Part shown: positions 8,246-13,982 of the stretch, piece after piece | How positions within the stretch are numbered: the stretch's first letter is position 1 | How the letters are laid out: each line of letters starts with the position of its first letter | Assembly: GCA_048938445.1 (NCBI GenBank) | Contig: JBHLME010000119.1 | Span: forward strand, 1-13,982 | Source: Promethearchaeota archaeon | GTDB taxonomy: Archaea > Asgardarchaeota > Lokiarchaeia > Sigyniarchaeales > SOKP01 | Length of the DNA stretch: 13,982 nt | Reading direction: 5' to 3' | Notes under the pieces: model-generated | Told to the model about the DNA's origin: nothing | The model's input: the letters and a program-made list of their open reading frames with translations, nothing else | The model's database searches: none | Position numbers and translations under genes: made by a program

Positions 8246-9061
8246 ATGATTGGTATGAATAAAGTGATTGGTATTAACAACGAGGATTTAAACACACTTC
8301 AAATATTAGGGGTTGGACTTGTTACCCTTTCATCAAAAGAATCAAATGATAATATTGATGTATTCTTACAAAAGGGTATAGGTCGGTCTCTCATTCAAAA
8401 TATCATTGAGTTATATAAAGATGAGATCCTACAAAAAAGGAATGGAAAATCATTTTTTCCCTTAGAAGAATTCATGGTCTTCATAAATTATTTTAAATCC
8501 TTATCAAATGAGATTTTAATTATTATTTATATAGATGAAAAAGAAAGTGCTCATGTTTATCCTCAATTGTATCTCCATTCAAAAAAAATAATGAAGAGAT
8601 ACAATGAGAATCACGATATTGAAGAAATTATATCTATTTGTGAATCTACCGTTGAGATTCCACGAATAGATGGTGTTATTGGTGTTTTTATTGTCGATTA
8701 TGGGGGATGTCCGTTATATACAAAAGTTATGGGGATTAGAAAAGATATAATTGATGGTGAAGTACAAATTGGCGGGTTTATTTCAGCATTATTTTCCTTT
8801 TCTCAATTTGTAATTGGAAAAGAAAGTGGGGGAAAACTAAGAGAAATCAATTTTGGGAATCAGTCCTTTTATACAATTACGGAAAAGAAAGTCATAATTG
8901 CTTATTTGATTGAGAAAATGACCCCCTTACTTAAAAGATATATGTATATAATCGCTGAAGAGTTTGTAGGTAGATATAGAAAGGTTCTTAATAGTTTTGA
9001 TGGAGATATTGCTCAATTTGGTAGTTTTGAAAATATAATAAATGAATATTTAATTATTTGA
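8246..9061 (+). CDS. Longin-like domain protein (C-terminal longin-like domain; N-terminal half possibly a second, divergent longin-like fold); start may be ATG 8255
   Basis: C-terminal half VIGVFIVDYGGCPLYTK...QIGGFISALFSFSQFVIG...LREINFG...IAEEFVGRY...FDGDIAQFGSF follows the beta-beta-alpha-beta-beta-beta-alpha-alpha pattern typical of Asgard longin-like proteins. Confidence 0.65.
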   Translation: MIGMNKVIGINNEDLNTLQILGVGLVTLSSKESNDNIDVFLQKGIGRSLIQNIIELYKDEILQKRNGKSFFPLEEFMVFINYFKSLSNEILIIIYIDEKESAHVYPQLYLHSKKIMKRYNENHDIEEIISICESTVEIPRIDGVIGVFIVDYGGCPLYTKVMGIRKDIIDGEVQIGGFISALFSFSQFVIGKESGGKLREINFGNQSFYTITEKKVIIAYLIEKMTPLLKRYMYIIAEEFVGRYRKVLNSFDGDIAQFGSFENIINEYLII

Positions 9062-9077
9062 AAAAGGTTAACAAAAA

Positions 9078-9599
9078 ATGATAAGTGAAAGTGATAGTAG
9101 CAAACAAACTGTATCTGTAGTATTATTTGAAGTTGAAAGGGAGCAATTTTGTATTGATTTATTGACTGCTCGAGAAATAGTTCCTAAAGGTCAAATTAGG
9201 AGATTACCCCAAACGTTTGATTTTGTAGAGGGAATATATAACTACCGAGGAGACATTATTTATGTAATCAATATTGCTAAAAAATTAAAATTATCTGAAT
9301 TTAAAACCCTAAAAATGAAAGGTATAGAAGAGCAAGATGAAACCGGTTCTAATAATTATATCATGATTGTTAATATTAATAATATCAATACAGGATTCTT
9401 AGTAGATCGTATCTTAAATATATCCCATATAAAAGCAAATTCAATAGTAGGATTAAGTCCAATATTTGAAACAAGCATTAGTATTGAATATATTAAAGGG
9501 ATTGTAAAATTTGACGATCGTCCTAGAATTTTGCTTGATGTGGAAAAAGTTCTTACTGAAGCAGAACAAGTTCAAATTCAAAAAGAATTAAATAAATAA
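9078..9599 (+). CDS. cheW: Chemotaxis coupling protein CheW
   Basis: VVLFEVEREQFCIDLLTAREIV, IRRLPQTFDFVEGIYNYRGDIIYVINI, TGFLVDRI and YIKGIVKFDDRPRILLDVEKVL are CheW motifs. Adjacent to cheY and cheA. Confidence 0.95.
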   Translation: MISESDSSKQTVSVVLFEVEREQFCIDLLTAREIVPKGQIRRLPQTFDFVEGIYNYRGDIIYVINIAKKLKLSEFKTLKMKGIEEQDETGSNNYIMIVNINNINTGFLVDRILNISHIKANSIVGLSPIFETSISIEYIKGIVKFDDRPRILLDVEKVLTEAEQVQIQKELNK

Positions 9600-9603
9600 A
9601 AAA

Positions 9604-9999
9604 ATGGGAATAAAAATGGCGGATGATAAAAAAAGAGTACTAATTGTGGATGATGCTCAATTTACTCGAAATATTTTAAAAAATATTATGAGTAAAACGG
9701 GTTATGTTGAAATTGTTGGAGAAGCCTCAAATGGTAAAGAAGGGATTGATTTATTTAAAAAATTAAAACCTGATATGATTACCATGGATTTAGTAATGCC
9801 TGAAAAGGGAGGAATCGAAACAATTGAGGAGATATTAAAGATAGATCCTAAGGCCTTAATTGTAGTAGTTTCTGCCTTAGGACAAGAAGCATTAGTTCTT
9901 GAAGCTGCCAAGAAAGGAGCTAAAGATTTCATTCAAAAACCCTTCAAAACCGAGCAAATTTTAGAAGTCCTTGAAAGAATATTAAAAAAAAAAGCATAA
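9604..9999 (+). CDS. cheY: Chemotaxis response regulator CheY (stand-alone receiver; start may be ATG 9616)
   Basis: VLIVDDAQFTR, VGEASNG, phosphoacceptor region PDMITMDLVMP, VSALGQ and GAKDFIQKPF. Resembles the Firmicutes/archaeal (F1-class) CheY type. Confidence 0.95.
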   Translation: MGIKMADDKKRVLIVDDAQFTRNILKNIMSKTGYVEIVGEASNGKEGIDLFKKLKPDMITMDLVMPEKGGIETIEEILKIDPKALIVVVSALGQEALVLEAAKKGAKDFIQKPFKTEQILEVLERILKKKA

Positions 10000-10037
10000 T
10001 AAACAAAATTTGAAAAAATCAATTAATAGGTGTTCAC

Positions 10038-12128
10038 GTGTCTGTATCTAAGGACGATATTAAACTTTTCATAAGTGAAGCAGAAGATTTAATACAAAAA
10101 GTCGAAGATGAGGTCTTTAAATTAGAAAAAAATCCAAATGATATGAAACCCGTACAGGAACTTTACTTTGCATTTCATACATTAAAAGGTCTCACAGCGA
10201 TGGCGAGTCTTAATAATGCTTCAAAGTTTTGTCATTATTTTGAGTCGTTTTTAGATAAAACAAAAGATAGTCAGATTGATGAAAACCAACAAGATGATTT
10301 TATAAGATTATTATTTGATAGTCTAGATTTACTACGGTCAATCTTGAAAAGAGTAAAAAAAGGTGACATGTCCGATATTGACGAGAATTTTTTAATTTCA
10401 ATTAAGGATAGTTTCGATGAATTTGAAACGGGAGCCGAACCAGAATTATCTTTAATAGTTCCAATTGCTCCTGATAAATTTATAAAAATCATAGATGATA
10501 AAAAGAACCTGATTTATAAGATTTACATTAGGCTTCAACCTACATGCGTCTTTAAAAAAGTGAGATTATTCATTATTTTTAGAGCATTAAACGAAGTTGG
10601 ACAAATATTTTTTAGTAAACCTTATCCTGAGATTTTAGAAAAAGGAGATATTAAAGTCGATTTTGAAATCTATTTTCTAACTCAGAAAAAAGACAATGAT
10701 ATAATGAAAATCTTAGATGAAATTTTGGAAATTGAAAATAAAGTTATCACGATATTAAAGGATGATGAGATTAAAACTTTAATTGATAAAGATATTTCAG
10801 ATTGGTTTAAAGGAGCAAAAAAACCAGAAATAAGTTCTAAAGTTGAAAAAAAACCAAAAACCAAAATAGAACCAAGTAAAGTTAGAGACATTTCACGAAT
10901 AACGGGTACTTTTGAAGATGAAGGAAAGATAACTAGTGTAAAAGTTGACATTAATATATTGGAAGAATTAATGAATTATTTTAGTGAATTAGTAATTTCT
11001 AAGAATCAAATTACTCAACTTTTAAAAAATAAAGGGGACCAAGAATTAGTTCACATCTTTGACGAGATGGATAAACCCTTTCTTGAAATTCAAGAAATTC
11101 TCTTCGATCTTAAACTTATTCGAGTTGAATCTACTTTTAGAATTTTTCGAAGATTAGTACGTGATGTTGGAAGAGAAGTGGATAAAAAAGTTCAATTAAT
11201 ATTAGAGGGTACAAACGTGGAAATTGATAGAAAAATTCTGGAAGAATTAAACGCCCCTTTGATACATTTATTAAGAAATGCAATATATCATGGAATAGAA
11301 ACACCTAGTGAGAGAAAAAAGAAGAAAAAAGATGAAACTGGAACGATAAGACTTGCAACGCTAAGAAGGGCAGGTATGATATATATCGAGGTTGAAGATG
11401 ATGGAAGAGGAATTGATTATGAGACAATTCGTAAAAAAGCTGTTGAAAAGAACTTCTATTCAAAAGAAGATGCTAGCGAACTCAGTGATGAGGACCTAAA
11501 TAAAATCATTTTAATGCCGGGATTTTCAATTCTTGAAGGAGCAGATCAAATATCTGGGAGAGGAATGGGATTAGCAATAGTTGCTGAAAAAATTAAAGAA
11601 TTAGGGGGTTCATTTACAATTCATTCCGAAAAGGACGTTGGCACGACCTTTAGGTTGATGGTTCCATTTACAAGGGCGATTCTTAATGCCCAATTAATAA
11701 AAGTTTCTGGAGATTTATTTGCAATACCTACAGAAAATATTAAACAAATATATCTTTATAATAAAGCTTTAGTAGAATATGTAGGAGATACTGAATATTA
11801 CAAGTTAGATGCGGATTTAATACCAATAATTTATTTAAACCGTTATTTAAAATTCGATAAAGATCATTTACTAGAAGAATCTGACTCAAAAATAGCTATT
11901 TGGGTTAAGAAAGATGAAAATATTTCAGCAGTATTTGTAATGGACGATATCCTACAACAAATGAATGTCGTCGTAAAACCTTTCAAGTTTAGTTACTCAG
12001 ATTTCTATAATATATTGGGCTCAACTATAATGTCAGATGGTTCGATATGTTTAATATTAGATGTCTTGAGTATTATTGCATCTTATATCACTGAAGATAA
12101 ATTTTCTAAACTAACTAGTATACAATAA
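10038..12128 (+). CDS. cheA: Chemotaxis histidine kinase CheA (HPt-P2-dimerisation-HATPase-CheW domain), GTG start
   Basis: HPt FAFHTLKG; P2 IYKIYIRLQPTCVFKKVRLFIIFRAL; P3 SVKVDINILEELMNYFSELVI; P4 HLLRNAIYHGIE, EDDGRGID, PGFS, SGRGMGL; P5 ILGSTIMSDGSICLILDV. An AGGTG Shine-Dalgarno-like site lies at 10028-10032. Confidence 0.96.
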   Translation: MSVSKDDIKLFISEAEDLIQKVEDEVFKLEKNPNDMKPVQELYFAFHTLKGLTAMASLNNASKFCHYFESFLDKTKDSQIDENQQDDFIRLLFDSLDLLRSILKRVKKGDMSDIDENFLISIKDSFDEFETGAEPELSLIVPIAPDKFIKIIDDKKNLIYKIYIRLQPTCVFKKVRLFIIFRALNEVGQIFFSKPYPEILEKGDIKVDFEIYFLTQKKDNDIMKILDEILEIENKVITILKDDEIKTLIDKDISDWFKGAKKPEISSKVEKKPKTKIEPSKVRDISRITGTFEDEGKITSVKVDINILEELMNYFSELVISKNQITQLLKNKGDQELVHIFDEMDKPFLEIQEILFDLKLIRVESTFRIFRRLVRDVGREVDKKVQLILEGTNVEIDRKILEELNAPLIHLLRNAIYHGIETPSERKKKKKDETGTIRLATLRRAGMIYIEVEDDGRGIDYETIRKKAVEKNFYSKEDASELSDEDLNKIILMPGFSILEGADQISGRGMGLAIVAEKIKELGGSFTIHSEKDVGTTFRLMVPFTRAILNAQLIKVSGDLFAIPTENIKQIYLYNKALVEYVGDTEYYKLDADLIPIIYLNRYLKFDKDHLLEESDSKIAIWVKKDENISAVFVMDDILQQMNVVVKPFKFSYSDFYNILGSTIMSDGSICLILDVLSIIASYITEDKFSKLTSIQ

Positions 12129-12162
12129 AAAAAATTAAAGAAAAGTAAGAGTAGATAAAAAA

Positions 12163-13982
12163 ATGGGATTTAAAAATATAACCCAGATGGAATTGAAGAT
12201 TAAGCAAGGACCAAGTTTTCTTGGAATTCCTCAAAAAGTTGTAGGACAAATTCAAAAAGAAGAAGTAAAAGTGGGTTTAACAACAGCAAAAATGTTAACT
12301 GAAGTAAAACAATTGTCCGAAATTATCATAGAAAATGAAGAGGTCTTAGAATTCAATCTTCAACATGAAGGAAAAATGAATAGCGTGGAAGGTTATGGAA
12401 ATATCTCAATATTTAATAATTCTGATAGAGATAGAATTTGGGATACTCGAATTCAGTTTTCCGGAACCGAATTTAGTAGTTTAGAATCTGAAAATGACAT
12501 GAATTTAGGAATTTTCGAACCAAAAACCAGTAGAAATATAAAATATAATCTTATAGATGCAGAAAAGCTTCCAGATCTCTTAAAAATTAGAGAAAATATC
12601 GAGATTATCGAAAATGATGTCTTAATTTTCCGAGATACTGAAGAAGGCTCTAAAGAAAAAAATCATTTACTTCTTTTTGGTAATGAAAATCAAGTTAGGT
12701 TTATATTAAATATAGAGAATATTTCAAAAAATACAATTACAAATATTGATTTAAAAAAAACTATATCAAAAAGTTTTTATGGACTACGATTTGAAGGAGA
12801 AACAGATAAATATTTAAAAATCAGTGGGAATAATCTACAATGGAGCATTAAAGAGATTAGACCTCGTCAAAAAATCACATTATCATTTATAGCAAAAATA
12901 ACTCCTAAATCCAAGGAAAACGTGAGGACTGGGAAAATAGATGTTTCATATACTTTAAAAGATCATGTTATATCTGGAGTAAAGGTTAATAATTTTTGGG
13001 CATACTCCCACGCGATGCATTCAATTGATAAAATAGAAAAAGATGAAACTCCTAATACGTGGGCTTGCTCATTAACATTTAAAAATCAAAGTAGTTTTCC
13101 AATGAGACTTAATTCCATTTTAGTCACTGATAAATCAAATCAAGAGAAATATCTTGATTTAGATTTAACACCAAAAGATAGAGAAGTGATTATAAAACCT
13201 GGTGAACGATATAATTCAAAAGTTTGGGAAATTTCAGATGAAAATGAACCAAGATTTTCAAGAAAATTAGAATATTATGTTAACTATAAACTTGAAGAAA
13301 ATACTGATGTTATTCTACGAATTGATGATGATATATTTAAAATCGTTGGTATTAAGATAAATAAAAAGATGTCGGAGCAAGAGATTAAATCTTTTGAAGA
13401 ATCAACAATTCATGTTAATATTAAACTAGAAAATATGGGAACGATCCCTCTGAAAGGAATAGTAATTAAAGAATCCATTCCGGAAGATTTTTTACCTCCA
13501 TTTAACATTTCTGACTATAAATTTTTAAACTCAACGGGAGAATTAGATTCAAATAATTTTAATTTAAAAATTAGTCCTGAGGATGAAAACGCTTCAAAAC
13601 CTCATGTAATAGAAATCAGTAATAAAAGTGAATTATCTAATGTCATCAATACTAATGATTTCTTTGAAGTGAATTATTCTTTTAAAGCAATTTCTCCAGA
13701 TAATAAAAAAGACTATAAATTTCCCCTTGAAGTAAAATCATTTTATCACAAATTCAAGGCTGATGAAGAATTAAAGGATTTTAAATTCGAAGATAAAGCA
13801 GATTTAAAAGTGTTTTACATTAAAGAAGAAGCATTAGCAAAAACAGAAGAAGCCCCAACATTGAAGATTGCCCATAAGCGTCGTAAAGCTTCCATTGGAA
13901 AAGAAATATTCCCAGGAAAGAATCATGACGAATTTGCAATAGTTATTAATGTAAGTAATAAATCAAATGTAGAACTCACGGA
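12163..13982 (+). CDS. Large soluble beta-rich protein (more than 606 aa, truncated by the window end): putative mu-homology (adaptin-mu/delta-COP C-terminal-like) domain followed by Ig-like/DUF11-like beta-sandwiches
   Basis: Not in the ORF track because it has no stop codon in the window. Manual translation is open from ATG 12163 (MGFKNITQMELKIKQGPSFLG...) to the last base (...FAIVINVSNKSNVELT). It starts 34 nt after the cheA stop. No signal peptide or TM segment is seen. The ORF is well supported; the domain call is by eye. Confidence 0.75.
   Translation, partial: MGFKNITQMELKIKQGPSFLGIPQKVVGQIQKEEVKVGLTTAKMLTEVKQLSEIIIENEEVLEFNLQHEGKMNSVEGYGNISIFNNSDRDRIWDTRIQFSGTEFSSLESENDMNLGIFEPKTSRNIKYNLIDAEKLPDLLKIRENIEIIENDVLIFRDTEEGSKEKNHLLLFGNENQVRFILNIENISKNTITNIDLKKTISKSFYGLRFEGETDKYLKISGNNLQWSIKEIRPRQKITLSFIAKITPKSKENVRTGKIDVSYTLKDHVISGVKVNNFWAYSHAMHSIDKIEKDETPNTWACSLTFKNQSSFPMRLNSILVTDKSNQEKYLDLDLTPKDREVIIKPGERYNSKVWEISDENEPRFSRKLEYYVNYKLEENTDVILRIDDDIFKIVGIKINKKMSEQEIKSFEESTIHVNIKLENMGTIPLKGIVIKESIPEDFLPPFNISDYKFLNSTGELDSNNFNLKISPEDENASKPHVIEISNKSELSNVINTNDFFEVNYSFKAISPDNKKDYKFPLEVKSFYHKFKADEELKDFKFEDKADLKVFYIKEEALAKTEEAPTLKIAHKRRKASIGKEIFPGKNHDEFAIVINVSNKSNVELT

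Noticed and set aside
9702-10951. Minus-strand ORFs 9702-9932, 10271-10492 and 10682-10951
   Set aside because: Antisense shadows of cheY and cheA.
1-13982. CRISPR arrays, tRNA/rRNA genes, IS elements or integrases
   Set aside because: No regularly spaced repeats, GC-rich structured RNA segments, transposase motifs or terminal inverted repeats were seen.

Overview
Very AT-rich archaeal DNA, most likely Asgard (Lokiarchaeia-like). This is inferred from the protein families, TATA-like promoters and an oligo-T terminator, not from a database search. Left half: a membrane-anchored double winged-helix regulator, a polytopic GT-C/GT87-like membrane protein fused in frame to an F420-dependent nitroreductase (Ddn-like) domain, and a small membrane protein. 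On the minus strand are a tungsten aldehyde:ferredoxin oxidoreductase (AOR family) and its 4x[4Fe-4S] partner. Right half: a 450-bp AT-rich divergent region separates a Zn-binding/Roadblock-like gene (-) from a tight + strand operon, longin-like gene - cheW - cheY - cheA - a large ORF (12163 to the window end) absent from the ORF track. By eye, the N-terminal half of that last ORF resembles the mu-homology domain (MHD) of adaptin-mu/delta-COP, followed by Ig-like beta-sandwiches. The best candidate for a new system is this chemosensory core embedded among proteins with eukaryote-like trafficking/GTPase-regulator folds (longin, MHD, Roadblock). No archaellum, CheF, CheB/R/C/D or receptor gene lies in the window.
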